From a virus (Duplodnaviria; Caudoviricetes), in the IMG/VR virus record IMGVR_UViG_3300017721_001026, positions 32,001-96,000 of that record: a DNA stretch of 64,000 bases; one strand, given 5' to 3'. The position numbers were made by a program, and so were the translations under genes. A model generated the notes under the pieces. That model worked only from the letters and a program-made list of their open reading frames with translations. It was not told the origin of the DNA and made no database searches. The number at the start of each line of letters is the position of its first letter. Position 1 is the first letter of the stretch. Shown here piece after piece: positions 11,401 to 22,200 of this stretch.

Positions 11401-13206
11401 GGATAGAGTATCACCAGACTTTCTGAATGAGATAAGATCACCAACAACAAAATCTTTTGTAAAATCTCTATCTGCCTGTGCTACAGTTACTCCACCACCA
11501 CTAAAAGTACATTCACCCAATTCTAAGGAAGAAGACTGTCTTACGTCACCAGAGAATGTGGTAATTCCAATTTCACCATGAACTGACTTGACATTGGAAA
11601 TTCCATAATTTGTTGAAGAAAGAACAATTCTATCACTGTCTTCACCGTTAAAGATTAGCTCTTCACCCTTAATGAAGTTACCAGTTACGTTATATGCGGT
11701 GATGATGCCAGAACTTACTGCTTCATATCTAAGATAACCAATAGCACCACTAGATTTACCTTTGATGAACGTAGGTATTTGTTGTAATGTTAGATTTTGA
11801 TTAAGAGTTAGATCAGTAAATGGAACAACATCAAATAGAGTTAAATCAAAGGAATTTGTAAGTGGATTCGCAGAATCATAAGATCCAGTTTCTAGAGCAT
11901 AATCATAAACTCTTGCCAGACCAATTTCTTTACCTGCTGCAACTGTTGCTGCTGCTCCAACTCTTTCACTTCTAAGAGATAGTGTGTATGTTGTAGATAG
12001 TCCAATTTTTGGAGCACCATATACATTATTAAGTCTTAATGTAGACCCAGTTGCATATTCTACTGCTTGAGACTTAAATTCTTTTGTAGTTCTTGGTTTT
12101 AAAATATCTAGTGAAGCACCAGAAGGTATATTTACTTCATATCCTTGAACATATGCTTTACCAGAAGAAAGTTGATATACTGCTAAATCATCTCTAGGTG
12201 TTTCACCAGACTGTGTAGTTTCATCTTCTGCATATATGCCATCACTTCCTTTAAAGTCTTGTAGACTATTTTTTACTTCTAAAGTAAAGGGTTTTATATA
12301 ATAATTACCACTCTCATCAAAGGTTCTTCTTGCCATTTCATCTGCAAGAATATTATACTGTGGGTTTTCAACTTTTGAAGAGGTAATTGCTCCATTAACA
12401 ACCTTAGCTAGTTCAATAAAATTTTGTGGAATTTCATCACCATCAATAATCGCAGACATCTTTGCTGTGATTTTTAGTCTATCAGCACCAGGAGCAGCAA
12501 AGTTAACGAATCCTTGTGAATTATCATATAGTGCTTCATCATCGTAAGAGGAAACAAAATCCTCTTCAACTTCAAAACCTAAAGTAAATGTTGGTTCTGG
12601 TTCTGTAGTAGAAACAATTAAAAACTGCTCTGCAACTTTAACAAAGTATCCCCTTAAAAAGAAAACACCTTCGGTAAGTTTAGCAATACAACCTGATTCA
12701 AATTGTTTTACTGTTGCAACTGAAGCACCTGCAGAAAAACTGGTAATTGCAGCATCAGTTAGAGGAATAGATTCCTGTACAAAAATATCTTCGTCTACTT
12801 CAAATTCTTGCTGTTCATTGTCTATACCACCTTCAAGTAAACTAACGATTATATGTGTATCTTGATATCCTTCAACTTTTGCAATTACACCACTATCTGC
12901 ACCAACAATATTTTTTCCAACTAATGAACTTAAATACTGAGTTATATCTAATCCATTAAAAGTCCTTTCAAGTTCTAAAGAAACTTGATCTGCATTTACA
13001 ACTAAGGATCCAGGAATTACAACAGATCCTTCTTTAAATACATGATTACCAAATTGCTCTACTTGATTTTGAACAATGCTCTGTAGAGTTGTAAGTTCTC
13101 TAGCCTGAACAGGTTGACCAGGTTTGAACAGAACCTTATAAAAGTTATTTGACTCATCAAAATCGTCGAAGTATGGAAATGTGTTTAGATTCGTTAGTTG
13201 TGGCAT
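5407..13206 (-). CDS. VrlC-like (DUF4815-type) large baseplate/tail structural protein with a Pro/Arg repeat insertion
   Basis: N-terminus PYFDDFD..FYKVLFKPG.PVQARELT.LQS; APGADRLKI; ARRTFDESGNY; RYRMQDI..LEKRV.NLEYYT.LSLLE; DPIAQSF; C-terminus PPRIRDLRAIAFA. Confidence 0.88.
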   Translation of the reverse strand: MPQLTNLNTFPYFDDFDESNNFYKVLFKPGQPVQARELTTLQSIVQNQVEQFGNHVFKEGSVVIPGSLVVNADQVSLELERTFNGLDITQYLSSLVGKNIVGADSGVIAKVEGYQDTHIIVSLLEGGIDNEQQEFEVDEDIFVQESIPLTDAAITSFSAGASVATVKQFESGCIAKLTEGVFFLRGYFVKVAEQFLIVSTTEPEPTFTLGFEVEEDFVSSYDDEALYDNSQGFVNFAAPGADRLKITAKMSAIIDGDEIPQNFIELAKVVNGAITSSKVENPQYNILADEMARRTFDESGNYYIKPFTLEVKNSLQDFKGSDGIYAEDETTQSGETPRDDLAVYQLSSGKAYVQGYEVNIPSGASLDILKPRTTKEFKSQAVEYATGSTLRLNNVYGAPKIGLSTTYTLSLRSERVGAAATVAAGKEIGLARVYDYALETGSYDSANPLTNSFDLTLFDVVPFTDLTLNQNLTLQQIPTFIKGKSSGAIGYLRYEAVSSGIITAYNVTGNFIKGEELIFNGEDSDRIVLSSTNYGISNVKSVHGEIGITTFSGDVRQSSSLELGECTFSGGGVTVAQADRDFTKDFVVGDLISFRKSGDTLSTLNRVTTVISDNITVEATQAVAGVHNGALFGNGTVNVTKVTTQLGDNGSDTLYTPLPKENVANVSLTNSSITIRKVFNEPIVADETGGRLTILPADLETGETFLPFDEERYIVINADGETEALTEDKVTITSGSRELIIKGLSVLGSATLVSTLKKNQIKSQNKIRNRVKTILVDKSSLDGSGVGATTLNDGLTYGNYPYGTRVQDNEICLLEPDVTKIHAIYESSTTGTPQLPRLTLSDVSSFNGSVEDTLNGEEIIGNESNCVAVLVNKVNSSTAEVVYLNGKKFSVGEEITFKESSITATISIIVDGDNEITSKYTFNNSTKSTIYDYSRIVRKENTKPPTKKVTVIYEYASVDSSDTGTLVTANSYENFDYSNIATIDGLRQSDLIDIRPKVKSYSVSEGVRSPFEFLGRSFDSPQNNNLNVLASDESVELDYSIYLGRIDRIYLNKSKSFQIVQGTPEENPEAPLPLDNSMEVAVVTYPPYLSNINDAKISILDHKRYRMQDIALLEKRVANLEYYTQLSLLETNTANLEIKDSDGATRFKSGFYVDNFTSTTNQIKLGAKNSIDPENNELRPSSYTTELDLLLGSTASTGINGVVDPTSDIRFAQDLVGENIRRSTIDPNGSAGTDGMGVITLDYEEVESESQLTATRVVNAAPYFVDFYTGQVTLNPSSDIWIEQSRIETQTIEGLLGGITQTNITATPADLDPQSGWSPTLWGGWNKNWTGRTTTRRTVSGRDSQTLRGGNGTRPGSATASATATLETVTRTGTATQPGFSQRIQTIPGNTINLGDKLVSSEVSSFMRARNIEIITKGMKPHTRLYAFFGSTRVTNYCVPKLLEIEMISGTFTVGETVVSGGANARRPGVNQDLPYALFRVADSHHRTGPYNDPQDVYTINPYTREEMPDLYSTTSTILNVDLASMALAPSGEHFGYVSEGMILQGRSSGARARITTLRLTSDNVGMMQASFYVPNPNALGAPKFRSGNVTFKIGDADTLDPIEGVSYTGGEKDFFSQGSIDNVQGQIISTRNVEVTNAYTQQSRPISRSRETLVDLAVDIDVTLPQPVPIPRPQPQPRPQPRPRPQPRPTPNPSPRPRPRPVPNPTPNPRPAPRPRPNPRPRPQPRPRPRPRPQPRPRPRPRPRPRPRPRPRPRPRPRPRPRRRPRPRPRRRRRRRDPIAQSFMIGSQADPTGIFATSVDLFFRTTSTTGQTCFVELRPMINGIPSAEVIYPMSQVVLTGEQIQVSDDASVPTTVTFPAPVYLEGNKEHCVVVGSNATDFTLWVSRLGEVDVSSLALPESQQVPITKQSSLGSMFKSQNGSSWTPSQYEDLKFRLNRANFISEGNVSFFNPDLSPGNRQVATLKKDSLEMNSRRIIVGLGTTARNWGEDIVAGNTVIQDSSNASGNYVMGLGIATGTMAVTNAGLGLTPSSGFFQYNNVPLTKLTGRGENATANIHVNSGVAAAATISDGGNGFKVGDVLTATIGGGVGRNLQLSITDTYGISELVLDQVQGDFIVGGGNTLRYINSSGVTTEFTDQGSTDILTSPRVVTDGLHIKVNHLNHGMHSDTNNVVIDSVSTDVPIVRLEGDYLLNSTDDLVISDASDFENFEGVGVGTTNPGYVKIEDEIISYTSVIGNTLGGIIRRIDSTFGGAYEDQSIVEKYETAGISLRRINKSHSLQDATVTEDIGLDHYTLKIDNSADGVDRSSSASLPTLYANESKSAGGESATATQNIHYEVMKPIVQSMILQRTNLTSRVRTVTSTSISGNEVSFLDSGYQSINLEDDNYFDTPRMIASKANADALLTTLPGNRSFELELNMTSFDPRLSPVIDMDRIGAIFVSNRVNNVVTDFVTDPRVATVQDDPSAFLYATKPIGLEIPATNIKLMCSAYINNFSDIRAFYALTNDPSESLIYYPFPGYDNLLESGQVIDPSKNSGRSDKLVTPTDNKGFQSTSLTFKDYSFTIENLPSFKFFSVKLVGTSTNQCYPPRIRDLRAIAFA
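7876..8211 (-). repeat. Coding tandem repeat (Pro-X)n grading into (Arg-Pro)n and Arg6
   Basis: Plus strand shows repeated ggtcta/ggtctt/ggacgt units; translation PQPVPIPRPQPQPRP...RPRPRPRRRPRPRPRRRRRR immediately before DPIAQSF. Confidence 0.95.
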
Positions 13207-13212
13207 AATTCT

Positions 13213-14781
13213 TTAGAACTGCAATACGATTTTGATATCTTCTCTTTGGTTTTCAGATCTTGTAATAGATGGTCTATTATCAATATAAACCAAATCTCCA
13301 GAGTATTTCTTCACTTCTGGTGTAGAAACCCCATCGGTGAATGACTGTCCAAGATAGTAACTTAGGTTATTTATGACGAATTTATCATCACTAAATGTAG
13401 TATCAATCTTAAGATCTTGATTTGATCCAGTGATATTTAATGTTCCACCACTTCCTGGAGAAGCAGTAAAATCGGTAAAATTATTTCCGTAAACTCCTAT
13501 CCCGTCAGTGTTTTCTAACTCATAATCAAATCCATGAGAAATTCTATCTTGCCAATACTTCAGAACTCCTGTATTTTTGTTATAGGAAACAACTCTACCA
13601 ACTGCAGTTGATCCAGCGGATACAGTTTGTGTAATAGTTGCATTTGCATCAAACGTTGCGTTAATATAATCAGTTGACGCATTAACACCAGTAAGTTTTA
13701 GTGCATATAAGGCACTTGCTTGATTTTTTTGAAGTGATTCTGTAGAATTAAATTCTTCTGGATTTGCAATAATACCAATTCTTGAAACTCTGTTTCCAAC
13801 AATAAAGTCTGGATTCGTTGCATCATTCTTAATTTGAGAATAAATTAAGACTTTTGTACAACCAAGTTCTCTATAGATATCGGCACCATGACCACTTTTT
13901 GGTGGAATAATAACATCAAAAGTTGGAGTTGTTGTTAAACTAGTTGGGAAGTTTCCAGTTGTTAAATCAACACGTGCATATGTGTATCCATTACCACCAT
14001 TTGAAATGGTAACAGAATCAACTTTTGATTGATTATCAATTACAATTGTTGCTTCTCCACCAGTACCATCACCAACAATATCGCAAGTATATACTTGGTT
14101 CGGTGATCCTACATCAACACCTCTAGTTTTAACAGTAGCAATTTTTAACTGACCACTATTTGACGCATTTAGTCTTACTGATTGATACTCGTCTGCAGTA
14201 TCCCAATCAGTTGGAACTGTGATATAATTTAAGGTATCAAATTTAATGATATCGTTTGGGTTAATTGTAAAAAGATATTTCCAAATATATCCATCACCAC
14301 TTGTACCAGCACTTCTTGGTTCTAGGTCGATGAATGTTGGTTCATCAAGTGATGGTCTGCCATTTGGGTTTTCTGGATCTGTTCCATTTTGTAAACAAGA
14401 ATATACTTTAAAGTCCTTATTTACGATATAAAAATTTGCAGAATATAGACTGGTTGCTAATGATGGTTGTGATACTTTATCACGGTTAATATCATGTCTA
14501 TACATGTCATAAGTAATACCTGATGTCCAGATATTTTTTTTCAAAGCAAATCTAACATTATTTGAATCAACTTTTTTCAATCCAATAATTGTATCCCAGT
14601 TATGATTCTCTTGATCAAAATTGTCTTTTGGTGCAGGAGGATCTTCGTCCCAGGTGCTCAAGTATTCATTTGGATTTGTTAATCCAACGAATGTGTAATA
14701 GTTATTGTCGGCAGAAGTAATTTCACTAATGAAATTCTTTGCATTCAATATTCTAAGTTGATCTGTTACGATTGCAGACAT
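13213..14781 (-). CDS. g8: Baseplate wedge subunit gp8-like
   Basis: MSAIVTDQLRILNAKNF..YDMYRHD..VYSCLQNG..DGYIWKYLF..YIDNRPSITRS.NQREDIKIVLQF. Confidence 0.88.
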   Translation of the reverse strand: MSAIVTDQLRILNAKNFISEITSADNNYYTFVGLTNPNEYLSTWDEDPPAPKDNFDQENHNWDTIIGLKKVDSNNVRFALKKNIWTSGITYDMYRHDINRDKVSQPSLATSLYSANFYIVNKDFKVYSCLQNGTDPENPNGRPSLDEPTFIDLEPRSAGTSGDGYIWKYLFTINPNDIIKFDTLNYITVPTDWDTADEYQSVRLNASNSGQLKIATVKTRGVDVGSPNQVYTCDIVGDGTGGEATIVIDNQSKVDSVTISNGGNGYTYARVDLTTGNFPTSLTTTPTFDVIIPPKSGHGADIYRELGCTKVLIYSQIKNDATNPDFIVGNRVSRIGIIANPEEFNSTESLQKNQASALYALKLTGVNASTDYINATFDANATITQTVSAGSTAVGRVVSYNKNTGVLKYWQDRISHGFDYELENTDGIGVYGNNFTDFTASPGSGGTLNITGSNQDLKIDTTFSDDKFVINNLSYYLGQSFTDGVSTPEVKKYSGDLVYIDNRPSITRSENQREDIKIVLQF

Positions 14782-14787
14782 GATCGA

Positions 14788-14807
14788 TTATTTTTAGTTA
14801 TTTATTA
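14788..14807 (-). promoter_or_regulatory. T4-type late promoter (AATAAATA) upstream of g8
   Basis: Minus strand TAATAAATAACTAAAAATAA; the identical 20-mer occurs upstream of the 58548-60242 gene. Confidence 0.7.
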
Positions 14808-15668
14808 GGTTAGTGGTAAGGTTGTTGATCCTACTCCAGGTACATTAATAATTAATTGACTTCCAGTTGAGTCAACATTAATCTGAGCAGTGGTAGTTCC
14901 AGTATTAGTTGAAATACCTAGACTGGACTGGATATATCCAGATGTAAGTGTTATGTTTCCATTATCCATGGAAATATCACCAGTTCCAGTGATGTCACTA
15001 CCGTTTAGATCTAAATCTCCACCCAATTGTGGTGATGCATCTCCCAACAGATGAGTAGAAATTCCTGTCAAACTTGAATATGGATAACTGGTTGCATCAA
15101 CCAAATTAAATTCTGGAGATGCATCAGTATCTCCAAGATTAAAAGTAATTCCTCCAATACTGATAGTAGAGTTCGTTAATGCAGCATTCGGTACGTTAGT
15201 TAGTGACGCACCAGAACCTTCAAATGTAGTAGCAGTAACAATACCAGTTACATTGACTCCAGTTGCAGTCACAGTGACCGCAGAACCTACAGAAAGACCA
15301 ATATCGGTAAAAGTACTTGCAGCACCAATTGTAGTTGCATTGTAGAATGTAGAAACACCTGCAACAGTAATTCCACCACCAACAACTGCAATACCATCTC
15401 TTGCAGTAACCAATCCAACAGAATCAATATTAGTTACATCTTCATATGTAAGAGTTCCAGCAATTCCAACATCACCATTAAAGTATGCTCCAGTAGCAGT
15501 GATGAATCCAACTGTAAGATCGGGGTCTCCAGTTAATAAACTTGTACCATTTCCAAGTGCATCATAAATTTCTTGAAAATTATCGTTAACCTTAACGGCA
15601 CCTACAAGGAGAGAGTCTCCAGTACCGTCATTTGGTGTAGTTCCAGTTGATATACCTTGTAGTGACAT
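14805..15668 (-). CDS. Short fibre / baseplate-attached protein with gp9/gp10-like N-terminal motif
   Basis: GISTGTTPNDGTGDSL..GA.KVNDNF.EIY N-terminus; Gly/Thr-rich fibre body; SPQLGGDLDLNG motif. Confidence 0.7.
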   Translation of the reverse strand: MSLQGISTGTTPNDGTGDSLLVGAVKVNDNFQEIYDALGNGTSLLTGDPDLTVGFITATGAYFNGDVGIAGTLTYEDVTNIDSVGLVTARDGIAVVGGGITVAGVSTFYNATTIGAASTFTDIGLSVGSAVTVTATGVNVTGIVTATTFEGSGASLTNVPNAALTNSTISIGGITFNLGDTDASPEFNLVDATSYPYSSLTGISTHLLGDASPQLGGDLDLNGSDITGTGDISMDNGNITLTSGYIQSSLGISTNTGTTTAQINVDSTGSQLIINVPGVGSTTLPLT

Positions 15669-15690
15669 TATGATAGACTAACTTTATGAC

Positions 15691-16242
15691 TTATTTATAA
15701 GCAGACCATTTAATATCGTTCTTACATCGAATTTCCATATTTACAGAAATCCTCCATTCACTAGTCGGAACAAAATTTGGATCATGATACAAATTTCCAG
15801 GAAAAATGATTAGATCATCTATTCTTGGTTGATAATATCCCCATTTCCCAGAATCTGGGTTTTCAGTGAACATGATTGGTCCACATTCATTACCATTGTG
15901 TTTTGGAACATTCAAATAATAAACAGAATTGATAGTGCAATCATGAATATGTGGGTTAAATGCCCAATATTCATTATTTGTGCAAAATGCCCAACACTTA
16001 TCACTATTATCAGATTTATAATCTAATTTCTTAAACAACTCTTCCGATTTTTTGGTAAATTTTGAATATAAAATGGAAAATAACCCAGTTTGATCTATCT
16101 CAATTGGGTTATTTGATTTATATGCATTTGAATCTCTAATTAGATGTTGTCTCCTACTTGAAAGGACATCATCAATCATTAGTTTTCTATCACTTTCACC
16201 GATTTTTGCAAAATCGTGTAATATAATCACTGGTAGATTCAT
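15691..16242 (-). CDS. 2OG-Fe(II) oxygenase superfamily protein
   Basis: PHIH..INSVYYL..DLIIFPG.LYH..WRISVNM: HxH...H facial triad plus distal R. Confidence 0.75.
   Translation of the reverse strand: MNLPVIILHDFAKIGESDRKLMIDDVLSSRRQHLIRDSNAYKSNNPIEIDQTGLFSILYSKFTKKSEELFKKLDYKSDNSDKCWAFCTNNEYWAFNPHIHDCTINSVYYLNVPKHNGNECGPIMFTENPDSGKWGYYQPRIDDLIIFPGNLYHDPNFVPTSEWRISVNMEIRCKNDIKWSAYK
15692..15699 (-). promoter_or_regulatory. T4-type late promoter TATAAATA
   Basis: Perfect TATAAATA about 24 nt upstream of the ATG at 15668. Confidence 0.75.
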
Positions 16243-16252
16243 TTTATCAATA

Positions 16253-19200
16253 TCAATATTGAGTATATAGTTTACTTCTCAGATGGAATGTTCTACGAAC
16301 AAATGGTGAAGTAGAAATGCCAGCAACACCACTTTCATGATAAGATGTAAACTCTAGAGGTTCTTTTCTACTCTTAGTTGGGTGCCAGTTAATTCTTCCC
16401 CAAGAGAAGTTTCCAAAGTAACCATTATCTTCACCATCATTATCAAGAGTTAATATTGTTGAATCAAAAGTTTCTTGATCATTATCAAACGTACCAAGAT
16501 TTTCTGCAAGATCAATAGGACTTTCTACTAAAGTAGTAATCTTAACGATATTAGTTACTCCAATTCCTGGAATAGACTCTGTAGTTCTGTCAATATCATA
16601 AACTTGGAAGATATTGTTGAACTTATCAGTAGAAATACTAAGTGTACTTCCATCATTATAGAATGCAGTTATACCATTACCAACATTGGTTCTGGAGGCA
16701 GTAAAGTAATAACTTGTTACCAGACCAGTAATACCTTCAGTTGTAATTCCACCAGGGTTAATACCAAGATCTCTGATGAAAGAATCTCTTGGAATGTGTA
16801 GACTTAGTTCTAGTGCAGTTGAACCAACACCAACAGTTGTATTTGCAACAGAAACAATGCTTCCATAATCACCATTATATTCAACCTGTCTAATAGGTTC
16901 AATATACACTTTTGGTGGTTCAACATTCACAGATGGTAATTGAGTTCCAGTGTATCCCAAACCACTATTTGTAACTGTAACAGTATTGATAGATCCATTA
17001 GAAATCGTACAAGTTGCAGTTGCTTGAGTGCCACCAGATGATGGTGGTCCAACTGAAATTTGTGGTGCAAAGGTATACCCAGTTCCAACATTTGCAATTG
17101 TAATGATGGTAATGGATCCTATACCAGAAACAACGGCACTCACAATTCCAGTTCTTGCTTCATCTTGAGAAACAATTTGAATCTGACCAAGTTTCTTGCT
17201 TGCTAGATTTTCTTTGTTATTATCAAAGAATGTAGAAGTTGCTTCCACCCAAGCAACCGTAGTATCGACACCAACTGGTTGGATTAGATTTGTTGTTGGG
17301 AAAATATATGGTTCATACAATGTTCTATCTTTTCCTACATATTCACCATTAATAAAGAGATCTTCAGTCTGCTTACATGCCATCAAAGGACGTTCAATTG
17401 TTTCATCATTTAATCTTCCAATACCACTATATGGATTTGTGAGGATAATATCAGAAGATAGAATATCTTCTACGGTTCTCTTATTCTCAGTTTGGAACGC
17501 AACATCAGACATAATTTTAACTTTATCACCAACCTCAATAGGTTCTACGATATCAACTTCCTCAACGTCAACATCTCTAGTTCCTCTATAGAAAAGAATT
17601 CTAGAAGTATACTCTTCAGGAATTGGTTCTGCAAAGATAATCAAACTACCACCTTTGAAAGTATATGCTTGATTTGGAATCTGTAGAACGTCATTAATAA
17701 AGATCAATAGTGTTGCGGAGACATCAATTTGACTTCCAGGTCTTGCTCTAATTGATAATCTATCACCCTGGAAAGAGATTGGGAATACTCTTGTAATACC
17801 GTTAAATTGATCATCTAGACTATCTAATTGTTGGAGTTGTCCAAGTGACCAAGAATTAAATTCATCACTATGTGTTTCATTTACAGTGATTTGGAATTCT
17901 TCAAATGTCTTAGATGTATCGGTCGGAATACCAGTAGATCCACCAATCGCAACAGTTAGAATTTCACCCTGACCATAGGCATATCCATTATTGTTGAACT
18001 TAAATTCACCAATAGTAGTATCTCTACTAACGAACATGTCAATAGATGCAGTTCTTCCAATACCTTCGTTTGGAGAATCACTAGAATAAATTAGAGGAAT
18101 ATCAGTGTAACTCAATGGTGAATCGAATCTAATTAGTGGTGGATTTGTGCTTGTATATGCAGTTCCTGCATTAGTAATTGCAACTCCAGTTATATGACCA
18201 TTTAAAGCAGTTGCATAACCAATAATGGAAACATCAGATGGGGTCTGTGCAAGAACATTAATGTGAGTCTGAATTCCAGGTCTATAACCAGATCCACTGT
18301 TGGCAATGCTAACAGCAGTAATAGATCCAAGTCCAGAGATTGTTGCAGTAGCACCTGCAGCAACTAAAGGTTGATAAGCAAGACCAGTAGTAGATCCAAT
18401 ATTTACAATTACACCACCGACAGGTAGATTTGGAACATTAATATCTTGACCATCTGTTGCAGTGAAATCATCAGATGAAATAGATCCATCAAATAGAATC
18501 TTAGTTTTTCCACCGACTTCTACAAACTCATAATTACCTGAAATTGAGGATACACCAGGTCTTGTTGGTTGTTGGAAGATGTCCTTAACAAGAACAACTG
18601 CATTGTCTGTAGAAAGACCAACCACATCTTGACCATTAAATTTCATATCGAATGAAGTTCTGATACCAGTAAACTTGGTAGAGATATCATCAAAGATATA
18701 GTTCTTGGTGTAGGTCTCCTCAGATTCATCAACAATTCCAGACCTCATAAATGTTCTTCCATGGAAGTATGAGTTAGTTGTAATCCCAGTGTAATCTCTC
18801 TCAGAAGGATCTACAAATGGAACACCATACTGATTTACATCCACTGTGATAGGTACTTTACCATATGGTGCAGATGTAAAGTTGATTACAGATCCAACAA
18901 TCTTATAATCACCTTTCAGTTTAGTTACTAGGGCACCAGCAGTGTGGATACCAAGTTCAGTTCCCAACCAAGGTCTTCTGACTCTTATTTTGTCTTGAGT
19001 TCCAACACCAACAGTTTCGATCAACATTACTTCATCATCAATCTGAATAACATCAGCAGCGAAGAATGATGTTATTCCTACAGTGTTGATTAATGTCAAA
19101 TCTAGACTAACATCTTCAACAACAGATGTTGTGACTGCCAATCCAACAACTGGAGATTGCATCATATTATCAATTGTAAAGATACCTTTAGCATCTTTAT

Positions 19201-22200
19201 TGGTTGCAGTAATCTTGTGTAGTGTTCCAACACCAACACTATTCAGAGTAAGTGTTACTGGGTTAAACTTGAGAGCATTTTCTGCGGAATCAGCAAACTT
19301 AATTTTACTATCATTAACCTTAACAACATATAGGTCAGTTGGTAATTTATCCGTAGTTCCAATTCCAACAATAGTTGTTGTATCAATACCAATTCTAATA
19401 TCATCTTCACTTGGAACTGTATAATTGACAAGTTCACCACTGACGAAGAAATGATTTGGTAGAATTAAGACATTCTCATCAGTAGAAACTGTTGTTCCTA
19501 ATGCTGAGGAGTCAAATGTTCTTTCAAAAATTAAATCACCTTGATGTCGTAATTCAAAACTTCTCTTAATATCATTTTGTGTCCCAGTATAGGTTCCATG
19601 CAATGTCGAGAACTTACCATTCTCATATTCGTAGTAATTTTCAGAAATTCCAAGATCAACTAATTGAAGTTGATGCGTGAACAAACGAACTTCAATTTCT
19701 CTAGTAAATCCAGGATCTGCAGGATATGGAACAAATTCTAGTCTTGCCTTTTTAGTAGATGGATCAACATAGGTGGTAAATGTTCCTAGACCAACGTCTT
19801 CAAAAATTCCACGATTACTAACTCTACCAAATTCTGTAATATAAGCATCAGTTTCATTATGAGTGAAGACCAATTCAGACATCTGAACAATATTATTAGT
19901 CATGTCTTCAATACTTACATAAGCATTAAATCCTTTATATGATGTATCAAATTCAAGTAATTGAATGGAAGTGTTAACTCCAGCAAATGGTGAAACTGAT
20001 GTAGTTGATCCAAGTCCAACAGTTGTTAATGTGGTATTAAACTGACTAGAACCAGTTCCAGTTCTAGATGTATCTGAAATTGCTACAACAGTGGAAGTAA
20101 CATCATAATTTGTTGATAATCCACTATTCGGTGTCAACTTAACTTCAAGGTCATTGCCATTATATTCAAATTGATATGTTCCAAGACCAAGAGAAACATC
20201 TTGACTAGCAAAGTTATCAGTTGCTAGAGTTGAGAACTCAATATTATGAATATCTGTGCCATCATGAACAATATTAAATTCATCATACTGGAAGTATTGT
20301 AAATCAGAACTTTCAAGAGTTACTAAGACTTTAGCAGATGTATAGGAAGAATCAATACCCACAATTTTTGTAGAAGTTGATGTTCCTTGAGGTAATAATG
20401 CAGTTTGAACTCCTGCGAATCCAATAGAATCACTATGCCCACTAATATAATGAGTTGCAACTCCACTAATAGAATCAGAAATTGTATATTGATATCCACT
20501 AATATTAAAATCAGTAAATTTGGGCTCAATTGGATAGAATAGAAGTAGTCCATTATCTTCAAATACACCAATATCAAAGTACCCGTGAATATCGTTAGTT
20601 TCAACTCTGCCATATTGTGTTATGAATCCGTAAATGTTATTATGAAGTACATTCACAATAATCATTTGTCTTTCACCAGGGAACTTCTTATTAGAAGTAA
20701 ACATCACATACTTTTTAGATCTGAATTTTCTTAAACTAAAAGTATCTACCATTGAGAAAGCAGTTGCTCTCGGATTACTATTAAATTCTTCACTTATATC
20801 ATCAACAATTAGAACTCTATTTCCAATGGACTCGAAATAATCAACTAAAATTAGTGAATTAAATCTGATTTCATCAGATATTTTATTAAGGATATTATTT
20901 TCGGTTACTAAGTCAATATCATGAACACAGTTCAAATCATAGTATGATGTAAAATCTGAAATACCTAAGAAACCAGAATTATTCTGATCTGCAGAGATTC
21001 CAGAACTATTAATTCCAATTTGATCGTCATTGTCAGAAATTACTTGAAGTTCACTAAACTTCTTAAATCCACCAGGGTGTGCTAGAGATTCTATTGGTTC
21101 TTTCCAACTACCAATTCCAACTTCGGATTTTAGTGAATATGAGAAGTATTGATAATAATCACTATCATGAAGTCTTTGAGTTTCTTCATTTAGATAACCC
21201 TTTCTATCATATGGTTTATATCTATCGGAATTTGAAGAATCATACACATAAGTCAGAGAAGTGATACCAACGACTTCTGTTAGAGTTCCACTTGATGCAG
21301 ATGTTTTTCCTCTGATAACATCACCAATATTATATCTTTCAGGGAAACTTGTGAATACTTTTAGTAGTTCATTTTTAATATCCCAAGAAACTACTAAGTC
21401 TTCAGAAACTCCGTTTGTAATAACTTCATTTTCAAAATACTTGTTTGCAATCCTATTTACTTTAAATGTTGGGAATAAACTTTCTGGAATAACTCTACCA
21501 GATGTGACCAAATCATTAAATACACCTGGTCCAGCAGTTGTCTTAACAAAATCACCCATATTAAATGTAAATGATGGTATTTGACCACCAATGTTTGGAT
21601 CTTGGGTTTTTACTGTAAATAATTTTTTATAACCATAATCTGAGGAGTTATATCCTTCATCGGTAGATGGAGATCTAGTTACAACACCCTCAATCATAAA
21701 TTGAGAACCGACAGGGAACGGCCAAGCAGTTATCGTACTAAATCCAACAACATCCAATGTAACTTCAACATCTTTAGTTCCACTATCATACTTCATGGTT
21801 AAAATTTTATAACCATTACTGTTATTGATTGGAAGTAGTCTTGGTTCTACATCATATAAGTTTTTGGTATTTTTAATAACCTGAACTTTAAACCCATCTT
21901 CATTTACATAACGTAAATCTACATCCTCAACAATTTTATTTGTATAACCATCAATAAGAACTAGATCTGGTAGAATTGTATATCTGGTTCCTTTCTCAAT
22001 AACATCAATGTTACCAATTGATGTTAGAGGGTCAATCTTATAGATTGTAGGTGTATATGCTCTAGGTCTTAATGTATTATCTGAAGGGAATTCAAATCCA
22101 ATGTCATCAATTTCAATATCTTTGGAAATACCAATAGTATTTGATCTTGGGAATACAATTGAATCAACACCAGATTCAGATTCTACCTTTTCAATTAGAG

